NCBI GenBank assembly: GCA_943788915.1
Contig: CALSSD010000008.1
Coordinates: forward strand, 248,001-312,000
Length of the DNA: 64,000 nt
Direction of reading: 5' to 3'
Source: an uncultured Acidimicrobiales bacterium
GTDB lineage: Bacteria > Actinomycetota > Acidimicrobiia > Acidimicrobiales > UBA10347
Positions 1 to 9,908 of the stretch are shown here, piece after piece. Made by a program: the position numbers and the translations under genes. Positions within the stretch are counted from its first letter, which is position 1. Each line of letters begins with the position of its first letter. Under the pieces are notes generated by a model. That model searched no databases. It was not told the DNA's origin and was given only the letters and a program-made list of their open reading frames with translations.

Positions 1-1120
1 TCGTCCATCGGCTGCCGGTCAGGGCCAGCTTGTATTCGATGTCGACATCAACGTCGACAGCCTCGACCCACTCCGGTATCCGACCATTACGAGGTGCCGC
101 AAAGTCAGGCGTATCGACCGGACCACCGTCGACGACAACGGTTACGAGTCGGACCGCCCTGGTGCTGAAATCCTCGACGATCTCAAAGGTGCCAGGTGTG
201 TCCGGCATCGTGATGTCGACGTCGACCCGGGCGCCGGGCGAGATGAGCGTTGCATCAGCCGACCGAGGTTCGCGCACGTACATGCCGTCGATGGCAATGA
301 CCTGGGCTGGCGGATTGACGAACCGCAAGGCGTACGGCCTGGCCACCGAGGCGTTCACGAATCGCAAACGAACACGTTCACCGGGTCGGGCGGTTAGCTG
401 GGCCTCATCCTCGCCATTCACGGTGATCACGGAGCCCCACCGGCCGTTGTGTGACACGTCGGTCGGATTGTTGAAGTCGGTATCAATTGCCCCGGTCGGC
501 GTCAGTGACCAATCATCCATGACCATGACCACGTCTTGTGAATAACCCACCGATTCCGCGTCCTCGACAACGAGTGTGCCGTAGAGGCCCCGCTCGACCT
601 GTTCGGTGCTGTTCACATGCGAGTGGTAGAAGAACGTTCCGGCATCGGGCGGCGTGAACTCATAGGTGAACGACTCACCGGGCTGGATTGCCGGTTGGGT
701 AATACCAGGCACACCATCCATTGCATTCGGCACCCGGACACCGTGCCAATGCACCGTGGTCTCAACCGGCAACTCATTGCGAAAGTTCATGCGAAACGTG
801 TCACCAAGCGTGACCCGATGCACTTCGCCCGGCACGACCCCATTGAACGCCCACACCTGAGTGTCCAGCCCCTCAACGACCTCGATCGTCGCTGGCGCGG
901 CCGTGACATCGACCTCAACGACGTTCCCTGACGGTGTCGGAAACGCAGGGTAGGCCCCGTCGAATTCAGCCTCGAGCATCGCCCGGGCGTCGGCGTCGGA
1001 ACCCGACCCGAGAACGAACAGCCCGACAACGACCACCACTGCTGCAGTGAAACGGCGGCCAACACTGGCACCAGATCACCTAAGAGATCTGGATCGCCCT
1101 CTACGGGATCGTCGATTCAT
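1..1120 (-). CDS. Multicopper oxidase family protein; runs off the window start; in-frame TGA at codon 15 of the predicted signal peptide (possible pseudogene)
   Basis: Manual translation (not in ORF track): ...VWAFNGVVPG...TTVHWHGVRVPNAMDGVPGITQ...GTFFYHSHV...GLYGTLVVE, with the HWHG and YHSH copper motifs. AAGGAG RBS precedes the ATG at 1120. TGA at 1078-1076. Confidence 0.85.
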
Positions 1121-1188
1121 CGGACTCCTTCGATTGCGCGACTGTCTGGCCGACCCGTCCATCGTGGGACATGGCGCAGCGACAAACC

Positions 1189-1205
1189 AGTGACCAACGT
1201 CCCTA
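1189..1205 (-). promoter_or_regulatory. Possible DosR/DevR-like operator upstream of the multicopper oxidase
   Basis: Minus strand TAGGGACGTTGGTCACT resembles the GGGAC-N4-GTCCC palindrome. Single imperfect site. Confidence 0.25.
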
Positions 1206-1298
1206 CCTATGTTTCCGACTACTTACCAAGGGGCAGAATGCCGCCGGCCATGTATCCGAACACAGGCCGGTGACAGGCCGGATGACAGGCCACTGTGG

Positions 1299-1706
1299 CT
1301 ACGACTCCAGGCCGAGCCGTTCTTGTTCAGCCCGCACGAAGGCAATGACGGCCTCTACCTGCTCGTTTGACAAACCTTCGATAGGCGCCATGTCACCGAA
1401 GGTCCAATGATGCTGTGGCGCCCCGTTGGCGATAGCGGATCGGAATGAGTCATCGCCGTGGTGGCCAGGTTCGTAGACGATGGACAGATGCGACGGGCCC
1501 TTGTCGGTGCCACGCAAGTCTGATCCGTGACATGAGGCGCAGCTCGCTGCATAGACGTCGGCGCCGTTGGTTTCCCCGCTGCCACCGACTTGGGCTGTCG
1601 GCGTTGCGTCCGAACTGCAGCCAACGACAAATACCGAGACTGCCAACACGCCTACCGAGACTGCTACGCGCCAGTCGACGGCCCGTGTCCGCGCCGGTGT
1701 TGTCAC
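1299..1706 (-). CDS. Monoheme cytochrome c lipoprotein
   Basis: CASCH heme-binding motif, distal Met (GDMAP) and lipobox VVGC. Start uncertain (GTG 1706 or ATG 1757). Confidence 0.85.
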   Translation of the reverse strand: MTTPARTRAVDWRVAVSVGVLAVSVFVVGCSSDATPTAQVGGSGETNGADVYAASCASCHGSDLRGTDKGPSHLSIVYEPGHHGDDSFRSAIANGAPQHHWTFGDMAPIEGLSNEQVEAVIAFVRAEQERLGLES

Positions 1707-1859
1707 CAGGCCGCGCCTCGCAGCGGATGCTGCACATTTCTTCACAAAGGTTTGCATCAGACTCGCTCACGCGACAATTTCTACGAAGGTTCGACCGCGA
1801 CAGTATCGCCATACGCAACATGATGATCTCGTCGGGGTTCTGTGCCCGGCAACGTCGGT

Positions 1860-2405
1860 CTAGTTGGTTGGGAAACCGGAGTGGTCGGCAGCGATCAGCA
1901 CAGCAACGAGCACACACGGTTCGTCGTAGGGATTGCGCCATGCATGGCGGGTGCCACTTTGGACCACGGTGTCACCAGCGGCCAGCTCCTTGGTCGCGCC
2001 GTCATCCAGTTCGAGAACACAACGACCCGACACGATGTACTCGTAGTCAATGGTGGAGGTGGTGTGCATGCCCGGGTTCTCGGGTTCCATGTGCCCGGCC
2101 ATACCTGGCAACTTCTCTTCCATCTCAGCCAGAGCGGCCTCGATGTCCAGGTCTTCGGTGAATACTGTCGCGTCAGGCGCCACCGTGAACACCCCAAAAC
2201 GGAACCCCTGAGGACCGGGAAAGTACATCGGCGCGTTCGGTCGCCCGCCGTCGTCGGGATAACGCATGCGGTCATCGCTGCCCCATAACTGGAAGAACTC
2301 GGCGCCCGGCACCAGGGCTAGTGTTGTTGGCTCGATCACCTGGTCGCTGGCGAATACTGCCTTGCCGCTCTCGTTGTGTCCGGTCACTACTCGTCTGATT
2401 CCCAT
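1860..2405 (-). CDS. Cupin domain protein
   Basis: MGIRRVVTGH N-terminus, MHTTSTIDY and GDTVVQSGTRHAWRN cupin motifs. TACTGT -10 lies 6 nt before the ATG. Confidence 0.85.
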   Translation of the reverse strand: MGIRRVVTGHNESGKAVFASDQVIEPTTLALVPGAEFFQLWGSDDRMRYPDDGGRPNAPMYFPGPQGFRFGVFTVAPDATVFTEDLDIEAALAEMEEKLPGMAGHMEPENPGMHTTSTIDYEYIVSGRCVLELDDGATKELAAGDTVVQSGTRHAWRNPYDEPCVLVAVLIAADHSGFPTN

Positions 2406-2463
2406 GGACAAACAGTAGTAGTGCGACAAGACAGCTGCCGCGGGTCGCGGGTTAGTGTGGCCT

Positions 2464-3630
2464 ATGGCAGGACCTGATCTCATCCCAACCCTTACGATCG
2501 CCGAACGAGTCGGTGATCTCGTCCGAATCCCGAGCGTGAACCCGCTGCAAGCGGGACCCACATCCGGGACCGACGGTGAAGTTGCCCTCAGCGCATGGTT
2601 GGCCGAACGGGCTGCAGAACTTGGTGGCGATGTCACCGTCGACGAAATCGTAGACGGCCGCAACAATGTCTATGCCCGGTTTCAAGGCCAGACCGACCGA
2701 GTGATCACCGTCGACGTACATCTCGACACCGTGGGTGTTGAGCACATGACCGATCCTGCATTCGACGGCCGTATCGAAGATGACCGTGTCTATGGACGTG
2801 GCTCGGTCGACACCAAAGCCAGCCTGGCCATCGTGCTCAGTGTCCTCGAAGAAATGAAGGCTTCTGGCGAGACACCGGTGCCCACGTTGAATGTTGTCGG
2901 CACGGTGGCCGAAGAAATGGGTGGTCTTATTGGCGCTGCTGGTTATCGCGACTGGCTCCAACAACACGGCAGCCGTATCGACCAGATGATCGTTGCCGAA
3001 CCAACCATGTGTGCGCCGGTGCATGGCCACAAGGGTGGCGTTGGACTCGAGGTCACGGTGCACGGCCATGCGGCGCACTCGTCGAAACCGCATCTCGGCC
3101 AGAACGCGATCAGTGGCGCAGCCCGGATCATTGCCGCGATCGACGCCGAACAAGAACGACTCGACTCCACGCCCCCTCCCACCGCTGTCGGCAACGGTTC
3201 AGTTGCCGTACTCGAGGTCAATGGTGGTGTTGCCCGCAACATCATCCCGCCCCACTGTGATTTGTTCACCGGTCGGCGCTGCGCTCCAGGCGAAGATCCC
3301 AACGTCGTCTTCGAACAACTCAGCGCACTCATGCGCGACGCAGCCCATCCACTGAAAACCGACATCGCCATGGCCAACGGATTCGCGGCAGCAGCGTTCT
3401 ACCAAGATCCCGATGCAGAGCTCATCCAGATGCTGGCAGGTCTTGCGGGCACCCAGCCCGACGTTGCGTCCTACGGCAGCAACGCCTTGCAGTACGCCGA
3501 GGTCGCGTCCGAGATTGTGGTGTTCGGCCCTGGTTCAATCGACCAGGCGCACCAGGCAATCGAATGGATCGACATCGCCGAGATCGACAAGGCTGCAGCC
3601 ATCTATCGCACACTCCTGCGAGCCGGCTGA
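2464..3630 (+). CDS. M20 family metallopeptidase/deacylase (ArgE/DapE-like)
   Basis: HLDTV, GRGSVDTK, EE, AEPT, GHAAHSS and FGPGSIDQAH motifs. Confidence 0.9.
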   Translation: MAGPDLIPTLTIAERVGDLVRIPSVNPLQAGPTSGTDGEVALSAWLAERAAELGGDVTVDEIVDGRNNVYARFQGQTDRVITVDVHLDTVGVEHMTDPAFDGRIEDDRVYGRGSVDTKASLAIVLSVLEEMKASGETPVPTLNVVGTVAEEMGGLIGAAGYRDWLQQHGSRIDQMIVAEPTMCAPVHGHKGGVGLEVTVHGHAAHSSKPHLGQNAISGAARIIAAIDAEQERLDSTPPPTAVGNGSVAVLEVNGGVARNIIPPHCDLFTGRRCAPGEDPNVVFEQLSALMRDAAHPLKTDIAMANGFAAAAFYQDPDAELIQMLAGLAGTQPDVASYGSNALQYAEVASEIVVFGPGSIDQAHQAIEWIDIAEIDKAAAIYRTLLRAG

Positions 3631-3637
3631 CCACAAC

Positions 3638-5074
3638 ATGGAACATGACGCCGACGTCGTCATCGTTGGATGCGGGCCGGTCGGAGTCATGGCAGCGCTG
3701 CGATGTTCCCAGCGGGGGCTTCGGGTTATCGCGCTTGATAACGAGACCGAGGTGTATCCGTTGCCTCGGGCCATTGGTATGGACGACGAGATCCAGGACC
3801 TGTTCGCTCGCGCCGGATTGATCGAGTCACTTCGCGATCACTCCACGCCCGGGCGTGGCGGTGACTTCGTCGATGCATCCGGCGAACGAGTCGTCGGGGT
3901 AGACGTGTCGCCAGACTTCGTGGGTGTACTCGGCCATCCACCGATGATCATGTTCGATCAACCCAGCGTCGAAACGTTCCTGCGAGATGCTGCCGTGGAT
4001 GCAGGTGTCGACCTACGGCTTGGAGTTCGGGCCACTGGACTTGCGGCCAACGATCTGGGTGTCACGCTCGAACTCGGCGACGGAACATCGTTACACAGCC
4101 GGTGGCTGATAGGCGCCGACGGCGCCAAGAGCACGGTGCGCGATCTCATCGGGGTAAGCCTCATCGACCAAGAGTTCGACCAGAACTGGCTGGTTGTCGA
4201 TACAACCCTGCTTGACCCCGATCTTGCGCTGCCGCCACTCGCCCGCCAGCACTGTGATCCGAAACGGGTCGTCACGTTCGTGCCCGGCCACGGGACACGT
4301 CGACGATGGGAATTCCAGCTCAAGCCGGAGGAGACTCGCGACCAGGCCCTTGAACCTGGTTTCCTCGATGCGCTCCTGGCCAACTGGGGTCGCCCAGATC
4401 AACTACAGATAGACCGTGTCGCGGCGTACCGATTTCATGGTGTCGTGGCTGACCGCTTCAGCAACGGCCCGGTCTTTCTGGCTGGCGATGCTGCCCACCA
4501 GATGCCACCGTTTAATGGCCAGGGCATGTGCAGCGGTATGCGCGATGCCGAGAACCTGGCATGGAAACTCGCAGCCGTCGCCCATGGCTCTGCCGGGCCG
4601 CAACTGCTCGATACCTATGACGAAGAGCGCCGTCCTCATGCCGCGCGACAGGTTGCCCAGTCTGTCGATGCTGGCAAGTTGATCGACGCCATAGCCCACG
4701 ATGGCGAACGTGCACTCGAGTCTGGGTATGGACGCCGCAAGTTTCCTCGGCTTGAACATGGTGTTGTCGAAAGCGGCGACCATCGTTTGATAGGCCTACC
4801 CCTCCCGGCCCCCGTCGACGGTTCATTCACTATCGGCACTAGTTGGACCGTGCTCACCGGTCCCGGCGCGACCACCGAACTCCCTGAGCTATGGACAGCT
4901 CTCGGTGCCGCGGCGCACCCAATCGCCGCCTCCGCCTTCGGCGACACGTTCGACCCCACAACCACGGTGATCGTGCGCCCCGACCGCATCGTCGCCGCCG
5001 TCACCACCGACATGTCGGCCACCACCAGCCGACTCGCTCCGCTCATCGTTGGGGAGTCTCGAGTCGAGTACTAG
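3638..5074 (+). CDS. FAD-dependent aromatic monooxygenase (MhpA-like)
   Basis: GCGPVG, GADGAKS and LAGDAAHQMPPFNGQGMCSGMRDA motifs. Confidence 0.88.
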   Translation: MEHDADVVIVGCGPVGVMAALRCSQRGLRVIALDNETEVYPLPRAIGMDDEIQDLFARAGLIESLRDHSTPGRGGDFVDASGERVVGVDVSPDFVGVLGHPPMIMFDQPSVETFLRDAAVDAGVDLRLGVRATGLAANDLGVTLELGDGTSLHSRWLIGADGAKSTVRDLIGVSLIDQEFDQNWLVVDTTLLDPDLALPPLARQHCDPKRVVTFVPGHGTRRRWEFQLKPEETRDQALEPGFLDALLANWGRPDQLQIDRVAAYRFHGVVADRFSNGPVFLAGDAAHQMPPFNGQGMCSGMRDAENLAWKLAAVAHGSAGPQLLDTYDEERRPHAARQVAQSVDAGKLIDAIAHDGERALESGYGRRKFPRLEHGVVESGDHRLIGLPLPAPVDGSFTIGTSWTVLTGPGATTELPELWTALGAAAHPIAASAFGDTFDPTTTVIVRPDRIVAAVTTDMSATTSRLAPLIVGESRVEY

Positions 5075-5183
5075 TTATTCAGCAGCCCTTTCTCGCCCCA
5101 AGAAATTCGTTGTACTGTCGAATGATCGTCAATCGCCAGCTAACCGTTACGAAATAGTTAACCCTTCAGAAATCAGGTGTCGC

Positions 5184-6104
5184 ATGAGTTCCCCCACCAT
5201 TCAGGCCGAAGTCGTGCAGGTCGCCGACAATGCCTATGCCTATGTGCAAGACGACGGCACCTGGTTCATCAACAACACCGGCTTCGTTGTCGGGCCCGAC
5301 GGTGTGATTCTGATCGACACGTCGTCGACCGAGGCCCGCACCCGGGCGTTCCTCGATGCGGTGGCAACCGTGACCGACGCTCCCATTCAGGCGGTCGTCA
5401 ACACCCACCATCATGGCGACCACACCCATGGCAACTATCTGACCGCACCTGCGCCGATCATCGGCCACCATCTATGCAAAGAAAATGTCGAGTCAACAGG
5501 CATCGATCATTACCCCACCGCCTTCGTACAACCCGACTGGGGCAATCTGGAATTGCGGGCACCCACGATCACCTTCGACACCCGTATGGATCTGTGGGCG
5601 GGTGACACGGTCGTCGAGTTGCACACCATGGTTGGTGTTGCACACACCACCAACGATATTGTGGCCTGGCTACCAGCCGAGGGTGTGCTGTACACCGGCG
5701 ACCTGGTCTTTCATGGCGGCACACCGTTCGTGCTCATGGGTTCGGTACAAGGAAGTATCGACTCGCTCGAGGTCCTGCGCGGCTTCGGCGCCGACACCAT
5801 CGTGCCCGGACACGGCAAGGTGACGGGACCCCAGGTGTTCGACGACATCGAGCGTTATCTCAGCATGATCCTGGATGTCGCTGGCGCTGCTCGCGCTGCG
5901 GGCAAGACACCTCTCGAAGCAGCCAACGATGTTGACCTGGGTGAGTTCGCATCGTTAACCGACGGCGAACGGCTTGTCGGCAATCTGCATCGCTGCATGG
6001 CCGAACTCGAAGGCCCCGAAGCCAACGCCGAGATGTCGATCGCTGCCGCCATCAGCGACATGGTCGCTTTCCATGGCGGCCCGCTACTTCCCTGCAACGC
6101 CTAG
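5184..6104 (+). CDS. Metallo-beta-lactamase fold hydrolase (cyclase-like)
   Basis: THHHGDH, AHT, TGDL and PGHG motifs. Confidence 0.88.
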   Translation: MSSPTIQAEVVQVADNAYAYVQDDGTWFINNTGFVVGPDGVILIDTSSTEARTRAFLDAVATVTDAPIQAVVNTHHHGDHTHGNYLTAPAPIIGHHLCKENVESTGIDHYPTAFVQPDWGNLELRAPTITFDTRMDLWAGDTVVELHTMVGVAHTTNDIVAWLPAEGVLYTGDLVFHGGTPFVLMGSVQGSIDSLEVLRGFGADTIVPGHGKVTGPQVFDDIERYLSMILDVAGAARAAGKTPLEAANDVDLGEFASLTDGERLVGNLHRCMAELEGPEANAEMSIAAAISDMVAFHGGPLLPCNA

Positions 6105-6120
6105 GACTCGCTAACCATGG

Positions 6121-6153
6121 ATAACGCACAGGTGCCTGGCACCGGTTCGTTAT
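6121..6153. repeat. Intergenic palindrome with GGTGCC-T-GGCACC core between convergent genes
   Basis: ATAACG-caca-GGTGCCTGGCACC-ggtt-CGTTAT. Confidence 0.55.
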
Positions 6154-6164
6154 GGGGAGTTGGA

Positions 6165-6677
6165 CTACGCCAAGTGTTGGGTGGCTACCAGGGTGTGTTC
6201 TGCGCCGTCTTCGGTCACTTCGCTCTTCCACAGATCAATCGTTTCAGCCTGCCACGTGGCTGAGATAGGCGCTCCTAACACCGACACCATCGATGGGTCC
6301 CGGAGTGGGCGGCCCTTGAGTCGAGCCAGTGTGAGGTGGCCGACGAACTCGCGGTCGGTTTCCTCGCCGATACCGGCAAAGGCATCGTCGACTGCGACGG
6401 CTGTCGCATCGAGCCCTGCCGCGGGAACGATTACGACGCGAGTGCCGAGAATCGTCACCTCGGGTCCGAGTGTGACCTGACCAGCCGGAGCTTGCAACGC
6501 CTCGAGCGCGGCGAGTGCTTCGTGACGTTGACAGTCACCCAAAAAACGCATGGTGATGTGCCATTGCTTCCGACGCGTAAATCGGACTCCTCTTAGCGCC
6601 CGAGTCGGCAGATCCGAGACAATGTCGATGATCTCGGGCGGCAAAGCGACCGAAAGGAACATGCGCTCGATAGCCAT
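6165..6677 (-). CDS. thpR: RNA 2',3'-cyclic phosphodiesterase (2H phosphoesterase, ThpR/LigT-like)
   Basis: Two HxT motifs (WHITMRFLG, GHLTLAR) and an RMFLSV N-terminus. Confidence 0.85.
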   Translation of the reverse strand: MAIERMFLSVALPPEIIDIVSDLPTRALRGVRFTRRKQWHITMRFLGDCQRHEALAALEALQAPAGQVTLGPEVTILGTRVVIVPAAGLDATAVAVDDAFAGIGEETDREFVGHLTLARLKGRPLRDPSMVSVLGAPISATWQAETIDLWKSEVTEDGAEHTLVATQHLA

Positions 6678-6850
6678 CAGCGGCCAAACAGTCGCGAGAG
6701 CAATCCACCGCTGCGTTTTGTTGTCTTGTCTCCGGTGCTGCAGGCGCACCGGTCCTTAACGGCAACGTCGCCTAACACGTGGTCGACGTGAGCGCCGCAG
6801 CCAGAGAAGGAGGGCTTGTCGCAGGTTCCACACGTGATACGTCGACACAT
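6677..6850 (-). CDS. Small (57 aa) Cys/His-rich putative metal-binding protein; below the ORF-track cutoff
   Basis: MCRRITCGTCDKPSFSGCGAHVDHVLGDVAVKDRCACSTGDKTTKRSGGLLSRLFGR. TAACGT -10 lies 7 nt upstream, and the stop overlaps the thpR start (TGATG). Confidence 0.8.
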   Translation of the reverse strand: MCRRITCGTCDKPSFSGCGAHVDHVLGDVAVKDRCACSTGDKTTKRSGGLLSRLFGR

Positions 6851-6984
6851 GTCGTCGACGTTATCTCCACAGTCTCAACCTGAGCGCGAGGGAAGGACGT
6901 ATACCTGCCCTGTGTACACCTCCGATTTGTCTCGTCCGTGCCGCCGCCTTCTTTGTTTGGGGTGTCGTCTTCTACGATCGGCTC

Positions 6985-7746
6985 ATGGATGCAATCTGCG
7001 ATGACCTGCACGCCGAACATGCTGCGCTCGACGCGGTAGTCGCCAACATCTCCGAGGAGATGTGGACGACCACTACGCCCGCCGAGGGGTGGGACGTGAA
7101 AGACACGATCGTTCACCTGATCCAGGCAGACGTTGCAGCGCGCCTGGCAGTCGATGATCCCGAGGGTTTCGTCGAGGCGAAGGCCAAGATGATGAGCGGT
7201 GGCGGGCTCGAGTTCTTCGCGAGCACCAACGGTCGAACCGGAGCCGAGATTCTTGCGTTGTGGCGAGACGAACGAGCCAAGATGCTGGCTGCCTTTCGCA
7301 GCCGGGGGCCGAAGGAGCGCATCCCGTGGTTCGGTCCCGACATGAGCACGCTGAGCTTCGCTACCGCTCGGCTGATGGAGACCTGGTCGCATGGCCAAGA
7401 CATTGCCGACACCGTCGACATGCCATGGCCGGCCACCGATCGACTGAAACACGTGTGTCACATCGGTGTCACGACCCGGGGCTGGAGCTACATGGTCCGC
7501 GGCCAAGAGTTCCCCGGTGGTGATGTGCGCGTCGAGTTGACGGCACCGTCGGGCGAAGTCTGGACATGGGGCCCCGAGGACGCAGCCGATCGCATTACCG
7601 GGTCCGCCGAGGAGTTCGCCCTGGTCGCGACCCAGCGTCGCCAACCATCGAGCACGTCGCTCGTAACCGAAGGTCCGCTGGCCACAGAATGGTTGAGCAT
7701 CGCTCAGGCATTTGCCGGTGAACCAACCCTGCCAGACGGCAGGTAA
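6985..7746 (+). CDS. TIGR03084-type DinB/MDMPI-family metal-binding protein
   Basis: TPAEGWDVKDTIVHL, ARLMETWSHGQDI and W.WGPED motifs. Confidence 0.8.
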   Translation: MDAICDDLHAEHAALDAVVANISEEMWTTTTPAEGWDVKDTIVHLIQADVAARLAVDDPEGFVEAKAKMMSGGGLEFFASTNGRTGAEILALWRDERAKMLAAFRSRGPKERIPWFGPDMSTLSFATARLMETWSHGQDIADTVDMPWPATDRLKHVCHIGVTTRGWSYMVRGQEFPGGDVRVELTAPSGEVWTWGPEDAADRITGSAEEFALVATQRRQPSSTSLVTEGPLATEWLSIAQAFAGEPTLPDGR

Positions 7747-7779
7747 CCCGGCGGGGCAACCACTCGGGTACTGTCGAAC

Positions 7780-8541
7780 ATGGCCGATACCCCCTCGCAG
7801 CCGCCAGGCTGGCCCGACAACGAAGAACCAGACGCAGCTTCCCCGCCGCCGGTTCCGCCTGCGTTTGAGCCACCGCCACTTCCGCCGCAACCCGGGCTAC
7901 CCGCCTCACCCCCGTATCAGCCACCACCAGCTCAACCTGGCCCGCCACAATGGCAGGCGCCGCCACCCGCGCAACCCGGGCCACCTCCGTCGCCCGGGTA
8001 CCAGCCGCCTCCCCAACCAGCGGCTTCGCCATACCAACCGCCGGTGCCGGGCGCGCCACCTCATGCCGTAGCGCCGCCGAACCAGCACGGCGGGCCCGGG
8101 CAACCACCGCCACCGCCACCACCAGGTTGGGGACAACCAGCCGCACCGGTCAAGAAGTCACGCCGCAGTCTGTGGATCACCCTTGCGGTGATCTTTGGGG
8201 TGCTTGTCCTTGCCATTGGTTCATGCACCGTGTTTTTCGTGACCGCAATCAAAGCACCCGTCGACGCGTCGAACCGATTCCTGTCAGCCATCGACGATGG
8301 CGACTACGCGAGAGCAATCTCGTTGTCAGACCCTGGATGCAGCTTGGGTATGTCAGAGGCCGATCTGGCGAGCGCGTTCCAGGGTGCAGACATCACCTAC
8401 AACCTGAACAACTCATCGGTCACCAACAGTTCGGCCACCGTCTCTGGCAGCTTCTCAGTCGTCGGCCAAAACGTCAGTTCCATCGCCCTACAACTTCGCA
8501 ACATCGACGGTTGGAAGATCTGCGGGTTCAACGCCAACTAG
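7780..8541 (+). CDS. Proline-rich single-pass membrane protein
   Basis: Pro/Gln-rich N-terminus, a TM helix, and a small extracellular domain ending DGWKICG. Confidence 0.75.
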   Translation: MADTPSQPPGWPDNEEPDAASPPPVPPAFEPPPLPPQPGLPASPPYQPPPAQPGPPQWQAPPPAQPGPPPSPGYQPPPQPAASPYQPPVPGAPPHAVAPPNQHGGPGQPPPPPPPGWGQPAAPVKKSRRSLWITLAVIFGVLVLAIGSCTVFFVTAIKAPVDASNRFLSAIDDGDYARAISLSDPGCSLGMSEADLASAFQGADITYNLNNSSVTNSSATVSGSFSVVGQNVSSIALQLRNIDGWKICGFNAN

Positions 8542-8554
8542 ACCGCCAACAAGA

Positions 8555-8851
8555 TCAGAGTGCAGGAACGATGTATTCAGTGATGTTGGTGGTCGAGCCA
8601 TAACGAATCGCCTTGAGGGGCGCATACTCGTCGTCGTCGAGCCATGCCCGGGCCGCATCGGCGTCTGGGAACGTCAGACAGACACAGGTCTGAGCAGGTG
8701 TGCCGGTGACTGCATCGGTTGGGCCAGCCCCGACGATGGCACCACCGTGTTTAGTGACAGTCGCAAAGATCTCCTTGAGGCTGCCGGGGTTGTACGCGGC
8801 AAACCCTTCTGGGTCGGACACGTCGTAGCTAATCATCATGTAGACAGACAT
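8555..8851 (-). CDS. DUF1330 family protein
   Basis: KHGG..., FPDADAARAWLDDDEYAPLKAIR pattern. Confidence 0.8.
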   Translation of the reverse strand: MSVYMMISYDVSDPEGFAAYNPGSLKEIFATVTKHGGAIVGAGPTDAVTGTPAQTCVCLTFPDADAARAWLDDDEYAPLKAIRYGSTTNITEYIVPAL

Positions 8852-8986
8852 GACTCAAGCTTAGATCGCCTGGATCGGTGACCAAAACCGCACCGCGGCC
8901 ATCATCGCCAGCGATGGCCACCTACCGCGACGGCACTGTCACAGTGATCGCACTCCCCGAAGAAGCCCCGACCGAGAACGAGCTAT

Positions 8987-9763
8987 CTAGGCAAGTGGGG
9001 GCCGCGCCAGTGATGTGCCACTGCTGGTCGCAAACGGCCCGTCGCGGTCGACCAAGGTCGCAGATGCGATCGAGATGCCGTCGGCCTGCAACTGCTGGGC
9101 GACCTCGATACCGATCCAGTCGCCCACCGGATACCTGGTCAGCAACATCGTGTAGTCGGCGTTGATGTAGAAGATCCCCTGGTCGCTGCTGTTCGCAAGT
9201 GGGCACGCAATGTCGCCCGATACTGCCGATCGCACGACCGGACTCATCGACTCGCCCGCGACCAGGTCGACCGTGTCGTTCGTCCAAACTCGGGACTGCA
9301 CCGCACTATCGAAGCCGCCTTGGGCAACACGGAACAACCAGCCATCGTCGTCGGCTGCGCCGGTGCTGTCGCTGGGCAGGGGAAGCGACTCGGGATCTGG
9401 CCACGGCTCGGCAACCGGCCGCCAAATCGTGCCTGGCGGTTCCTCGCTCGTCGCCAGAACAACTGCGGTGACTCGTCCAACCTCGTGTCCGTCGCAGTGC
9501 ATCATTGCATCGACTACCCGAACACGGCGGCCGCTGCGCACCGTCGAGGTCACGATCTGCACCGGTTTCATCGCGGCCGGTCGGAAGAGGTCGACGGTGA
9601 GTCGGCTAATGCGCCAACCGCCGTCCACGAACTCCTTCTCGATCGCTCGTGCAGCGAGCCCCCCGAGCAGACGTCCGTGCAACATGTCAGTGGCCCACGG
9701 GCTGTGAGCCCGCGCGTCGGGGACCAGGTCTGTGCCGTCGAGGGAGAAGTAACCAGCGCTCAT
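8987..9763 (-). CDS. Acyl-CoA thioesterase family (double hotdog)
   Basis: SPWATDMLHG, RLTVDLFRP and YINAD motifs. Confidence 0.8.
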   Translation of the reverse strand: MSAGYFSLDGTDLVPDARAHSPWATDMLHGRLLGGLAARAIEKEFVDGGWRISRLTVDLFRPAAMKPVQIVTSTVRSGRRVRVVDAMMHCDGHEVGRVTAVVLATSEEPPGTIWRPVAEPWPDPESLPLPSDSTGAADDDGWLFRVAQGGFDSAVQSRVWTNDTVDLVAGESMSPVVRSAVSGDIACPLANSSDQGIFYINADYTMLLTRYPVGDWIGIEVAQQLQADGISIASATLVDRDGPFATSSGTSLARPPLA

Positions 9764-9908
9764 CGCACATGGTCTAGCAGCTTGAGGGGTCAGATCGATA
9801 GACACTTTCGCCGACTTTTGTTACGACAACACCAACGAGATACCAAGAGCATGAACCTCAATCGAGCGCTGGTCGAACCAGTGCGCGAACATATCTAGGT
9901 GGTGAAAC

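Noticed and set aside
1076..1078. Selenocysteine recoding of the TGA in the multicopper oxidase
   Set aside because: The TGA lies in a signal-peptide region, not at a catalytic Cys position, and I saw no convincing SECIS.
1262..1291. Short imperfect tandem ACAGGCCGG(A)TG x3; similar GGCACCGGC repeats at about 16171-16197
   Set aside because: Low-complexity slippage products expected in GC-rich DNA; no evidence of function.
1732..1757. TGAAGAAATG-type direct repeats upstream of cytochrome c as a copper two-component regulator box
   Set aside because: The spacing is irregular and no cognate regulator is present in the window.
8866..8988. Protein-like fragment (IAWIGDQNRTAAIIASDG / ATYRDGTVTVIALPEE) between DUF1330 and the thioesterase
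   Set aside because: It could be a gene remnant, but it is too short and I cannot assign a family without a search.
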